From the NCBI GenBank assembly GCA_951406725.2, contig OX597835.1, forward strand, positions 21,824,001-21,888,000: a stretch of 64,000 nucleotides of DNA, in the 5' to 3' direction. The notes below the pieces were generated by a model. The model was not told the DNA's origin. It did not search any database and saw only the letters and a program-made list of their open reading frames with translations. This document shows positions 1 to 11,992 of the stretch, in pieces (position 1 is the first letter of the stretch; the number at the start of each line of letters is the position of its first letter). A program made the translations under genes and the position numbers. The DNA comes from Octopus vulgaris. Lineage: Eukaryota.

Positions 1-86
<86 letters not shown>
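1..86. repeat. (ATAG)n microsatellite
   Basis: Perfect tetranucleotide run. Others lie at about 9405-9580, 36965-37046 (TCTA) and 44108-44243. Confidence 0.98.
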
Positions 87-88
<2 letters not shown>

Positions 89-563
89 ATTCAGTTGAAT
101 ATGGTACTTAAAAGTATAAAAATAAATCTTTTCAATCTTTTCAATTTAACTAAATTCTATATTTATATGCAGCTGAGGATTGGTTTACAATTTAAAACTG
201 CTGTAATACTTGCATTGTTTAATTAAATGGAGTCGCATGAAACGATCGTACTGCATTACCTTTGGATATCCTTGTTGCTTATTTTGGATATATATATTCA
301 GTCCTGCAAAGGACTTTTACGTTCTTGGACACTCTTTTGCACTAATGCGGCAACGATGGACGCCTCTTGCAACAGATGTTCAAAGAGGTTACACCCTCGC
401 TGACACACGCTTCCATTCTATCAGGGAATTTTTCATTGAGTATTTTGCATTTTTGTTGAGAGCATCTCTATTATATGTGCAACATATAATAATAGAAATG
501 CTGAAAAATCAAGTGGTACTTGTGCTTGAAGCCTTTTAAAGTGAAGAAAGTCCTTACACGCGT

Positions 564-567
<4 letters not shown>

Positions 568-635
<68 letters not shown>

Positions 636-1037
636 CGGCAACGTATGCATCTGCCCCCAAAAGAAGAAGTAGTCTACATCATTAGATGCAAACGAAGTGA
701 TAGATGTTACATCAGACTTTTCATTCCCCCCAATGGATGTTGAAACAATGACTGGTGGTCTCTCACTCTCAGCTGTTTGCTGTCCGTTGACTCTCCCGAG
801 TTCGTCTGACCTCGTAGGTGTTGCTTTTTGCCCTACAGAATATTCGATGATACCACCTTCCTTACCAAACCTGACTTGATAGAGTTTCCAGTTTAGTCGC
901 CGACTGCCCGACCATGCAACGAGGTAACCCTCACACACACATGTACATACATACATACATACATACATACATACATACATACATACGTACATACATACAT
1001 ACATACATACATACATACATACATACATACATACATA
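568..1037. repeat. (CT)n at 568-632 and (TACA)n at 943-1037, flanking a ~290-bp unclassified segment
   Basis: Direct reading. These runs explain the ERER and YVCM ORFs. Confidence 0.9.
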
Positions 1038-1258
1038 CGAAGGGGTGCTGAAAAGTTCCTGGTTTTGGATAAAAGAAAAATACAGGAGGATCATTTAATT
1101 ATGATTTTATTCAACATATTCCCCTCTCAGATTCACATGCTTATTGCAGTGGTCCTTCAGTTTTTCTAAGCCCTATAAAAGAACTCGGAAAGCTGGGCAT
1201 CCGACCCGGGCCTTTCGCGACACCCTTAAAACCAGGAACATTTCAGTACACTCTCGTA
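1036..1258 (-). mobile_element. Mariner-derived MITE
   Basis: Imperfect TIRs CGAAGGGGTGCTGAAAAGTTCCTGG / CCAGGAACATTTCAGTACACTCTCG, with TA at both ends. A decayed transposase C-terminus is present on the minus strand. Confidence 0.75.
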
Positions 1259-1544
1259 CACACACACGTGTGTGTGTTTGTGTGTGTAAATTATACATAC
1301 GTGGAAACAACTTTTTTCTTTTACGTTCTAGTTTTAAGGGGATGGGGTGTCAATTTTGTTATCGGTTTTTTTCTTTATATTCTCATATTTTTGTGTGATT
1401 CTTTGCAGTTTGCTCAGAACAGTAAGGTTTCCAAAATCACTGTCAATGTGTCTAGACCTTCACCGCCTCATCTTCAGGAAAAGGTGCTGTTGGTGTAAGT
1501 TACTCCCTCTTTTTTTTTATTCTAAACAGCTCCAAACTAAACTG

Positions 1545-1870
1545 ACACTCCGTCTGTTATGGCGACGAACGTTCCATTTGATCCGGCCAGCGGAACAAGC
1601 TCCTCATGAAATTAACATGCAAGTGGCTGAGCACTCCACAGACACGCGTACCCTTAACGTAATTCTCAAGGAGATTCAGCATGACACAGAATGTGACAAG
1701 GCTGGTCCTATGAAATACAGATACAACTCTTTTTTTTTTTTGCCAGCTGAGTGGACTGGAGCAACGTGAAATAAAACGTTTTACTCAAGGACACAACTCG
1801 CCGCCAGGAATCGAACCCACAGCCTTACGATCGTGAACCGAATCCCCTAACCACTAAGCCATGCGCTTTC
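1545..1870 (-). mobile_element. tRNA-derived SINE with CORE-like centre
   Basis: Minus strand has A-box and B-box (TGGCTTAGTGG...GGTTCGATTCC) and a GTCCTTGAG..TTATTTCACGTTGCTCCAGT core. Its 3' tail is shared with the SINEs at 30.4-31.3 kb. Confidence 0.75.
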
Positions 1871-2049
1871 GTTCTAGACAGCGCTATGACGGTTGATGTA
1901 AGCGTTACCACCAGATTTTGAATTCCACCGTTATGACCCGTGCGTGTGTCTTTGTAAATAACGTATATTATTTATGTTTCTTTTTATTTTTTGATGTTGT
2001 GCTCTGCTTCCATTATTTATTGTCGGGTTTTGTGAAGAATTCTGCGGAC

Positions 2050-2218
2050 TGTTGTGGTGAAAGAGTACAGCAGGGATCACCACCATCCCTGCCGGAGCCT
2101 CGTGGAGCTTTATGTGTTTTCGCTCAATAAACACTCACAACGCCCGGTCTGGGAATCGAAACCGCGATCCTACGACTGTGAGTCCGCTGCCCTAACCACT
2201 GGGCCATTGCGCCTCCAC
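2050..2218 (-). mobile_element. tRNA-derived SINE family B (head GTGGAGGCGCAATGGCCCAGTGG), 5' part
   Basis: Near-identical to copies at 26868-27177, 30361-30745, 30903-31287 and 46439-46728. Confidence 0.88.
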
Positions 2219-2546
2219 CATAAATACATAGTAAACGAGTGTAAGCGTGACGTACATGTATGGCCAAAACAATATTGGTATTTAAAACTTCCACGTTATA
2301 AATCCTGTTATAAATCATGAAAAGCTTTAAATGCCTGTAGCTTTGTTAAAGGATTTAAATGCCTGTAGCGTTGTTAATCCTTTGCCTGTCTTGTATAAAA
2401 CGTGAAACGCAGGACATATTTCCTTGGCGCCTGGGCTCCGTATATGATACACGTTCCCAAACAGCACTTAATATTTTCAGGCATCAGTTGTACCCGTGAT
2501 TTCCAGCTTTCGTAATCTATACCGGTTGAAAGGTTTTTATATAAAA

Positions 2547-2900
2547 CTAGCAGTATCGCCCGGCGTTGCACGGGTTTGGAAGGGAAATAACTATATAAGC
2601 ATTTTTAGAGAGTTATAGCCAAAAATGCGATGAGTCAAATCGTTGACTCATCGTAGACATTTTTAGAGTTACTTCCCTTATATAATAGCGAAAAAATGCA
2701 TTAAAATGGAAAAAAATGATGGTAAATTTTTTTTTAAATTGTAGACTCATCGTAGACGCGTGCTAATACCCAGAAGGGCTCGATATGAATCACGACTATA
2801 GGATACCCGCTTTTGGTTAAACTGCACCGCAAAATGTGGGAGTAGTTAGGAATCTAAATTGTAGGAGACAGACACACAACCTCTCTTTTATATATAAAGA
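2547..2900 (-). mobile_element. Non-autonomous Helitron
   Basis: Minus strand starts TC and ends with a CCCG..CGCCGGG hairpin plus CTAG. It is inserted between A and T with no TSD. Four copies are in the window. Confidence 0.88.
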
Positions 2901-3728
2901 TTTCATAATAAAAAAACATTTTCCTTAAAGTTATGAGGGAAAAACTCGGATCTTGGGAATTTTCCGAAGTCCTCCCCACACCGTTGATTTCTGCGCATTT
3001 TTTTTTTTTTCATATTCGTTTCCTACACGTTTTATTTTTTTTTACGTCCGTTGCGCTATTTTATTCATTTTATTTTGTTTTCGGATAATATTGTAAACAT
3101 TAACCAAATTTTGAATAATAAAAATTGAATCTTACAAGGGGGCATCAGGATTTTAGAACTGACTCGGTGGGGCATGGCCGAAAATCGGTTGGGATATCAC
3201 CGAGTTGTACCCACGATTAAAAAATGGACCGAAATACATTCGAAGGGAAATAACTTTGGTGAGATTACTTTTTTTTTTGTTTTCACTTTCTACCTTCGCA
3301 TTTTTTTTTTTTAACTTTAAAATTAATATATCAAGTGACGGGAGTATTTCTACTGTGTGCTGACATCAGATGGCCAATAACTGTGGATGAGCTTTGCCCG
3401 AATTTTATTCAACTGTGTGTGTGTGTGTGTGTAGTCTAACGAACACTGAACAAAGTCGAAAGAAAGGGCTTTCATCGGTAAGTAGTCCCTCTCCTTCCTT
3501 TCTTCTGTCCACCATCCAATGTATCAATGCATCAAACAACCGGTGCCCAGGTAAAAAGTAACAGACTTAATCACGAAGCTTCGCAGATAATTTTCTTCAA
3601 AAAGAAGTCAAATTCGTTTCAAATCAAGAGGCATAACTGTAGATTACAAATAATACACCTCAGTTATCTCCCTTCACACGTAATTGGGAAGTCCGTTTAC
3701 ATTTTTTTTTTTGGCTACATTAAAGGGA

Positions 3729-4012
3729 TAAATAATAATAATGAAATTATTGTATACAGTGCTCAGGTGCACCACAACTCGTCAGAAAGTGTGTATAGAG
3801 TATATGCAGTAATATACAAATGTCTGGAAAGCGAACAATGTATGAGTCAGATACATGCTTGTGTGTGTATGGAGGAGAGAAAATCAGGTGTAGTGTTGGC
3901 GAATCTCAGAAAACATGGAAGTTTTGAAGGATGCAGTGCTCCGACAACTAACAACTGATGCCGGCAGTTTGTTCCATGCTTCAGCAACTCTCGGCGTGAA
4001 AAAATGTTTCCT
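3729..4012 (-). mobile_element. CR1/L2-type LINE 3' fragment
   Basis: Minus-strand translation RKHFFTPRVAEAWNKLPASVVSCRSTASFK matches the FF.RV..WN.LP motif. A short 3' UTR and an (ATT)n tail follow. Confidence 0.8.
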
Positions 4013-4034
4013 AAAGAATTAAATCAAATTAAAC

Positions 4035-4362
4035 GCAAACCTCCGCCAAGGCAGCACCAACGTCCTCTCAACGATTAACTGGAGATGATTTTTAGAATGA
4101 GGATATCTGAAATAAACTCGACTGCTCTCACAAACGAGAATACTAAAAATGAACCCGACCGCTTTGAAAAATTAAGAAAAAAAGCAGAGAAAATAATCAA
4201 GAATCCTTGTCCAGTACCGGATTGATAATAAAATCTAATCAGTTTGTGCCAGTCACGAGGCCAAACATCCTTGAAAGTTTCATCCAAACCCATCCAGTGG
4301 TTCTTGAGATATCTTGTCCACGGACGCAACGGAAAACAAAACCTCCGCTTTAGCAGAAGTAG
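4035..4362 (+). mobile_element. Possible Helentron/DINE-1-like non-autonomous element
   Basis: AAACCTCCGC occurs at both ends, and there is a 3' stem-loop ACCTCCGCT..AGCAGAAGT. Confidence 0.45.
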
Positions 4363-4392
4363 AGTTCGATTAAAAAAAAAAAAAAAAAGCAG

Positions 4393-4809
4393 GGATCTTT
4401 TCGGTTTGAACGGCAGTTTTTAAATAATTTCCACGTAACTAAATACTTTTAAACTTCGTATACTGGTAGAATGTGTTTATGAAACATCTTTTCTCTTGGC
4501 TTTATTGAGAAAATCCTATAGTTTGTAAGATATTTGTTGTTTCTTTTCTTCAATTTCTGCAATTTCAACTAATCAATGACGTCTATTGAGATAAAAAAAA
4601 ACATTATGTGCCGTATGAATATTTCCTCGTTTAAGAAACAGATTGGATTTATTTACATTTCTGAAGAAAAAAAGATACCCTTCCCCCCACCCCTAACCCT
4701 AACCGCAAAACAGATTGAAATGCAATAGATCGATACTAGGGTCATAATTATGGGTGACAATTTCATATGACACCGCTAGAAAAAACTGCCGTTCAAACCG
4801 AAAAGATCC
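4393..4809. mobile_element. ~415-bp MITE, Merlin-like, copy 1
   Basis: ~29-bp TIR GGATCTTTTCGGTTTGAACGGCAGTTTTT and internal CCCTAACCCTAA. The TSD is degraded in this copy. A diverged partial relative lies at 5316-5586. Confidence 0.85.
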
Positions 4810-5169
4810 CAAAAACAGTTCTTTCAAAGCGAAGGGGATTGTCCAAATCTGGTAGATCATTGATTAAATTAACTTGTGGTATTTAGTTGGGTCCATTTAG
4901 CTTCTGGGTTCCAACAGCACCGATGTTAGTCTTGATCTTGTTTGTTGTTGTTTTTTATTCTTTTTCTTTTACTTCTCTCGGTAATTAGATTGCGGTCATG
5001 CTGGGGCACCGCCATGAAGCATTTTAGTCGAATGAAATCACCGCAGTTTTTTTTTTTTAAGCCTAGTACTTCTTCTATCGGTTTGATTTGCCGACTTGCT
5101 AAGTTTCGGGGACATAAATACACTGACACTGATTATCTAGTAGTTGGGGAGAGAAAACACACACACATA

Positions 5170-5306
<137 letters not shown>

Positions 5307-5900
5307 ACGTACGTAGGGTTAGGGGGAGGTTTAGGGTTAGTTACAGAATGTTGTCTCAGTTTTAGACGCAGCAAATGATTTTAGTTGAATGGAGGTAATC
5401 GATCGGTTAAAATTGCCGAAATGCTCGGATTTTCAGACGAAATATCTTACAAACTTTAGAATTTTCTCAATAAAGCCAAGAAAAAAATGATGAATTATAA
5501 ACACATTCTACCAGTATACGAAGTTTAAAAGTGCTTAGTTAACTAGAAATTGTGTTGACATCTGCCGTTCAAAAGGAAAAGATCCATCCATCAATCAATG
5601 AATCAATCAGTTATCGACCGAAAAATACTGATCCTACCTACTTTAAGGTATTTTCATGTACGTGTATATGAAATGGGCGTGTGTGTGAAAGAGAGAGAGA
5701 GAAAAAAAAAAGGAGAGAAAGAGAGAGAGTGAGTGAAGGAGTATGTTGTCATGTATATGTACATACATCAATACATATGCGTGCATCTTTTTTGTATGTA
5801 CGCGTGTATGTATGTGTGTGTGTAAGAGAGAGATAGAGTGAGTGTGTTCTTATGTAGGTGTAAATGGTAATTGGTAATTGGCACTCTCTCTCTCTCTCTC

Positions 5901-5941
<41 letters not shown>

Positions 5942-6149
5942 CGTCCATTTCATATACACATTCATACATCTTTCACTTTCTCTTCTCTTTCACTTTAAAA
6001 AAAAGTAAATAAACAGACAAAAATTACGGAAATTAACAAACAAAACCAGCTGGTCAAGATGACAGTTCTGAGAGTCAAAGCGAAATATCGCCCCAAGGGA
6101 ATACCATTGCAAAGCATTTTAAGAGTGCATTCAACGTATCTCAGCGCCA

Positions 6150-6282
6150 AAGATTTGGCTGCTATTTCTAGCACGCCCTGCTACCACCCACGTAACAGGG
6201 CGTTTTTGTTTTTTTTTGCGATAAAGGACTCGAAATACCTGTTATGTGGTAGCAGGGCGTGCAAGAAATAGCAGCCAAATCT
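6150..6282. mobile_element. Small fold-back MITE
   Basis: ~45-bp inverted arms AGATTTGGCTGCTATTTCTAGCACGCCCTGCTACCAC / GTGGTAGCAGGGCGTGCAAGAAATAGCAGCCAAATCT. Confidence 0.7.
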
Positions 6283-6439
6283 TTCCTACTCTGGGGAAAA
6301 GGTGCTGTTTCTGCGTGATTTCTTTGTCGTATTTGTTGAAATCATGCGAAATAACCTGGAAAAGAAAAAATAAACATGAAACAAAACTCCGTTGCTAGGA
6401 AACTCAGACTTTCCCGGTGACCCAACGGGTCACGAGCAG

Positions 6440-6471
<32 letters not shown>

Positions 6472-6529
6472 TGTATGTATGTATGTATGTATGTATGTAT
6501 GTATGTATGTACGTATGTATGTATGTATT

Positions 6530-6690
6530 CGACAGTCTTCTTTCAGTTTCCGTTTACCAAATCCACTCACAAGGCTTTGGTCGGCTAGAGTCTTTAGTAG
6601 AAGACACTTGACCAAGGTGCCACGCAGTGGGACCGAACCTGAAACCAAGTAGGTGAAAAGCAAGCTTCCTGCCACACAACCACTCCTACT
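6530..6690 (-). mobile_element. SINE family A head (partial)
   Basis: Matches the 5' half of the full-length copy at 24144-24552. Confidence 0.85.
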
Positions 6691-6753
6691 GAGTCGATGA
6701 AATAAGATACCAGTTATATATTGAGATCCGTTTCATCGATTTTTTTAAATAAA

Positions 6754-7468
6754 TTTTTATATTAATACCCGCATAATTTTCACTAAGGCAAAAAAAAACG
6801 AATTTTTTGCGTGGAATCAAGTACCCTGACCTCCTAATATGCTGCAAATCCTTTATTTTGCTTCGGAAAAAAAGGTGAGGGGCGAGGTGGAAATATTTAA
6901 TAACGAACCATATAATTCACACTCTGGAAAATTTATTTCTGTAAAATGTTTTTTTTAAACACACAAGATATAGTCTATAAATTTAGAATGTTTTTGAAAG
7001 ATACTATATTTTATCATCATAATATATATACTTTCTCACACAACAATTAAGATATATTTATTTTAAATCGTTCTACCTTCTCCCCCACCTCCCTCCCATA
7101 CACACAAAAATTAGTTTGGGCGCAATTTTTATTTTAACAAATTTATGGTCCTTAGTGAAAATTGTGCGGGTGGAAAAAGATCAATAGGGGTGGGGGTGAA
7201 ATTTCCAAGGCTTCCACCCCACCCCACCCCGTTTTTCGGACCCACCCCCCAAAAAAGGGTTTTGTCGCATATTAGGCGGTCACAGGAATTCATTCAACGA
7301 AAAAAAAATAATAATAAATTTCCAATGATTCCGGGATGGGAGGGTCCCCCTTTTTTCAGAACCAAAATAATGGATATTAAGGGGTCAGGGTACCTGATTC
7401 CACGCAAAAATCCGAGTTCTTTGGGGACTTTTTTCTTAGTGAAACTCGTGCGGATGTTAATATAAAAA
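6754..7468. mobile_element. Unclassified non-autonomous TIR element
   Basis: ~90-bp imperfect inverted ends (..TTTTTGCGTGGAATCAAGTACCCTGACC.. / ..GGTCAGGGTACCTGATTCCACGCAAAAA..). Confidence 0.65.
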
Positions 7469-8065
7469 TTTATCGATTTTTTTTCCCTATCGCATCTCAC
7501 CTCAAATAAATCTGTATTTTCTAAGAAGAACACCTGATATTTGTGTTCTTTAGCCCCAGGTCAGCCGTGAATCCAGCTAACTTATGCTCAAAGGTGTTAC
7601 AAATCAAAGACATCAAGTCTTTTGCCCAGATATTGTGCTTCAGGCATTTCGTAGTAAGTAGGCTGATAGAATCGTCTGGACGTCTTGAAAATATTTCGCA
7701 GTATTTGTTCCAGCATTTTACCTTCTGAGCTCAAATTCCACCGAGGTTGACTTTGCTGTTCATCATTTTGCAATCGATAAAATAAAGTACTAAGCGAGAT
7801 ACTATCGATTTGCTTCCACCCTCTTCCCTTCAAAAATTTGCTGGCCTTGTGCCTATATTTGAAACAATTCTTTAAAGTCGTTTGAGTTATTTCCCTTAGA
7901 CTTATATTTTAGTTTTTAAAGTTTGTTACTTTTTAAGGTAGTATGGTTGTTTTAAGCTTGAGGGATATTTGGCTGATATTTCTGGCAAATGTGTGACCGC
8001 TTGGTGGTCCTCTCGTTGCCTCGGCAAGGCCAGAACAACCTTTTGCGAGAAGCGGGCTTAAATCC

Positions 8066-8101
<36 letters not shown>

Positions 8102-8289
8102 TAAATTACAGATAAAACCACTATTATATATATATAATAACAAAGGGTAAAATTAATTAATTAAGAAGTAATCAATAATTTCACAGATTGATTACTTCTT
8201 AATTAATTAATTGATTACTTCTTATTATATATATATAATTGGTTTTACCTTAATGTTATTATATATATATATATATATTTTATCTGTAA

Positions 8290-8360
<71 letters not shown>

Positions 8361-8439
8361 GAAATAGCTAAGGTTTTTTGACTGCTATTTCTAAACTTCG
8401 GTATGTGGTAAACAAATCTTGCTGAACCCTAATTATAAA

Positions 8440-8489
<50 letters not shown>

Positions 8490-8492
<3 letters not shown>

Positions 8493-8785
8493 GTCCGGTT
8501 GATTCGGGTTAACACAGCTCAATACATAGCAGAGTAAAATTAATTTATTATATAGAAGGAGCTTTACAGCTAGTACTTTCATTCAAAATCTCAGAAGCTA
8601 TTTAACAAGAAATGTATTAGCATTTATACATTTAGGCAGGTTTAAAGGAGTGGTGGTGGGGACTTTTGGGTGCGCTATGCCTACCCCCAAAAGTCCCCCA
8701 CCAATCTTTGCTGAACCTGCCTAAATGTATAAATGTAATACATTTCTTGTTAAATATATTTCTCTTGATGAAACAGTACTATCTG

Positions 8786-8790
<5 letters not shown>
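8490..8790. mobile_element. (TA)n-embedded Penelope-like terminal-repeat element, folded back, with decayed hammerhead
   Basis: Same family as 23513-23698. The arms are inverted about ~8680, and the TGAAACAGTACTA.CTGTA hammerhead 3' half is retained. Confidence 0.6.
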
Positions 8791-8829
<39 letters not shown>

Positions 8830-9035
8830 TATATATATAATATTGTATATGACTTGAGGTGTTTGTCTTGTCTTAATGTTTGACGTCCTATTTAACAATT
8901 ATATATCTGCTGCATCGGAAATCTGCAATGACTCCATAACAACCGTCTCAGCCCCAGTAATCTGTTACAGCTCTTACCTAGCGTACCTAATCGTTTAGAT
9001 CACCTGCGAACTAAACCCCATACTTTGTGTGTGTG

Positions 9036-9117
<82 letters not shown>

Positions 9118-9130
9118 CAATATATATATT

Positions 9131-9379
9131 ATTGAACATTTATGTTGCATTTTAGAAAAACAAGTAAGGTGTCAATATCTTCCACCATCATCTCTACAAG
9201 AACTGGAGACAGGTTTAGCTGAAGAATGGACAAAAATTCCTTTGGAAACAATTCAAACTTTGTACAAGTTCATACCTCGTAGAATTCAAGCTGTAATTAC
9301 TGCCAAAGACGGTCCTACCCCATATTAAAATAAATTTGATTGAAATTTAAAGTGTTTCCATTATTTTGTCCAACCCCTG
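9131..9379 (+). mobile_element. Tc1-family transposon 3' remnant
   Basis: Translation [47 protein letters not shown]. The right TIR is the reverse complement of CAGGGGTTGGACAAAATAATGGAAACAC. Confidence 0.88.
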
Positions 9380-9402
9380 AATATATATATATATATATAT
9401 AT

Positions 9403-9471
<69 letters not shown>

Positions 9472-9472
9472 C

Positions 9473-9555
<83 letters not shown>

Positions 9556-10108
9556 GACACAGAAAGATAGATAGATAGATATGCACATACGTGCATGCAT
9601 ACATACATACATACATACATACATACATACATACATACATACATACATACATACATACATACATACATACGTACATACATACGTACATGCATACATACAA
9701 ACAGACAGAAAGGCAGACGTTTATCTTGCTAGCATACATGGTGGCGTGAACACACTACCTGCCCACACATGCATCTATAGATAACAATAGGACAACCTCC
9801 TGTCGGTCGTGTGATATGTTCTCAGCAGCAGACAAATATCAGCCTACTTACACGTGACCATCTTAAAAAAATTTTTTTAATTATGTAAAAGAAAGAACAC
9901 ATTCGATAATATATTTCGTGATATGCAAAAGGACAGCACAGTCATGGGTTGAACACTTTCACCGCAGGACTGCTCAATGAGAGCCGACCGAGTGCTGGCA
10001 GAGTGAAGCAGTCAAGATGACTTTGCTGGCTACTGTTATGTGATTAGAAAAAATGGCGATCTTTCGTTTTGTCATATCGAAAGATCGCCAACAAAATTTT
10101 ATTCAAAG

Positions 10109-10495
10109 CTAGCAGTATCGCCCGGCGTTGCTCGGGTTCGTAAGGGAAATAACTATAGAAGCATTTTAGAGAGTTATAGCCAAAAAAATGCATTAAAAGT
10201 GGAAAAAAAATTATGGTAAATTTTTTTTTAAATCGTTGACTCATCGTAGACATTTTTAGAAAGTTACTTCCCTTATATAATAGCGAAAAAATTCATTAAA
10301 ATGGAAAAAAATGATGGTAAATTATTTTTAAAATCGTAGACTCATCGTAGACGCACGCTAATACCCAGAAGGGCTCGATATGAATCACGACTATAAGATA
10401 CCCGCTTTTGGTTACACTGCACCGCAAAATGTGGGAGTAGTTAGGAATCTAAATCGTAGGAGACAGACACACAACTTCACTTTTATATATAAAGA
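10109..10495 (-). mobile_element. Non-autonomous Helitron, copy 2
   Basis: Same family as 2547-2900; TC start, hairpin and CTAG end. Confidence 0.88.
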
Positions 10496-10722
10496 TATGA
10501 AATGGAATTACGGAGATGTACTTGCATAGCAAGTGATTTTATCTGAGATCGTGTGCTGAAACGAAAACAATTGCAACGTGGAAGGTGTTTTTAAGCCATT
10601 TAAGAAACACACAAAAGCCGTTCGATTCACTTCAACATTTAAGTTTAATTTGTCGAAATATTTTCGTCGCTTTAAGACCGCGACCTGTTCACTGACAAAA
10701 ATCCGAGATGCAGCACGGATTT

Positions 10723-10771
10723 TTGTCAGTGAACAGGTCGCGGTCTTAAAGCGACGAAAATATTTTGACAA
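10723..10771 (+). ncRNA. Type-I hammerhead-like motif with G3-C8 core (GUGAACA); mirror copy on minus strand at 10650-10698
   Basis: TTGTCA GTGAACA G GTCGC-ggtcttaaa-GCGAC GAA AATATT T TGACAA: stem I (6 bp), stem II (5 bp), GAAA, palindromic stem III and a UH site. Confidence 0.6.
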
Positions 10772-10874
10772 TTTAAACTTAGATGAAAAGGAATATAATT
10801 TACAAAAGGAAAACAAACATACGAAAATGGCAGAAAGAAAATACCATAAATGCAGCACCAAGTGCCTCAATTGG

Positions 10875-11445
10875 TTACACGCCACAAGGTTCAATAGAAC
10901 CTACTGAAGCAAGCCAGCATGGCATGCTCGTGGCATTACCACGGACGATGGCAAGGCTAAGGCGTTGGAAAAGCCAAAGACCCTCATGTCCATCACATGA
11001 CATCTCGAAAAGGTGAGCTGCCAATAATGATAAGAACTTTGCCGTTAGTGGCCCAGTCCCTCCAAACTCCACAACCTGGAAGAGATAGTTCACGGCCGGG
11101 TCCCGATACTTCAGGGTCTTGTTCCGTTCGGCTACGCAAGCAGTGACCCTCCTATTTACCGCAGCATCCAAGATGTGGGAGAGAGCAAGAGTTACAGACT
11201 GTGGCGTCCCAGATGAGGCATCTATCTCTTACCCAGGGACAGAGGGTAAGACCATATGGTATCTTCCCATCACTTCTAGACAATCCTGCCGGCTCTAGAA
11301 TTGAGGGGCCAGGGCATATTTAATGATTAAGTTTGGCTCGGTGTGACGAACAAAACGACCAGCACTTAGGAAGCAAGACAGACCGTGAAGACCTGAGGGG
11401 TCGAGGGGCCTACGCCAGCGACATCTCAGTCCCCTACAGTTGTCA
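10875..11445 (-). pseudogene. Decayed C-terminus of a CRE-clade (restriction-like endonuclease) non-LTR retrotransposon
   Basis: Across frameshifts it reads LHGLSC..SAGRFVRH..(N)LIIK..PSILEPAGLSRSDGKIPYGLTLCPW..LIWDATV..AERNKTLKY..WLFQRLSLAIVRGNA. Confidence 0.8.
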
Positions 11446-11447
11446 GC

Positions 11448-11622
11448 TCCGTTACGTTCTGAGTTCAAATTCCGCCGAAGTCGACTTTGCCTTTCATCCT
11501 TTCGGGGTCAATAAATTAAGTACCAGTTATGCATTGGGGTCGACGTAATCGGCTTAATCCGTTTGTCTGTCCTTGTTTGTCCTCTCTGTGTTTATCCCCT
11601 TGTGGGTAGTAAAGAAATAGGT
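11448..11622 (+). mobile_element. SINE family C (Meta/MESC-like central domain), 5'-truncated
   Basis: GTCGACTTTGCCTTTCATCCTTTCGGGGTC..AAATTAAGTACCAGT core. Confidence 0.85.
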
Positions 11623-11992
11623 ACCTCGGAGTGGTGTCTAGATGGAGATGCGGAGCTCATCGTTGGGCACAGGTAGGGAGAAAAATAGAGGTGGACTTAG
11701 AAACTGTAAGACAGTTATTATCCGTGAGCGGAGAGTCAACATGCTGTCAGAATCGCTTGTGGGAAAAATGCCTTGCCGTATTTCTCCTGGCTTTTTTACG
11801 CCCTCTGAGCTCAAGTACCGTTGGGTTTATTTTGTCTTTAATTGTGATGGGTTTGCAGAATCAGTAGAGCGTCAGACAAAATGCTTTGCGATATTTGTTC
11901 CGTCTCCTTACCCTAACCTTTTGTGTTCAAATCCCGTCAAGAGCAACTTTACCTTTCATCCTCCAGGGTCGATGAAATAAAGTACCAGTCAA

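Noticed and set aside
165-216. Hammerhead-like ATGCAG CTGAGGA TTG..CAA..TTGCAT
   Set aside because: There is no intact GAAA or stem III.
10508-10907. Mirror-image ORFs on both strands
   Set aside because: They are a consequence of the 65-bp inverted repeat, with no protein signature.
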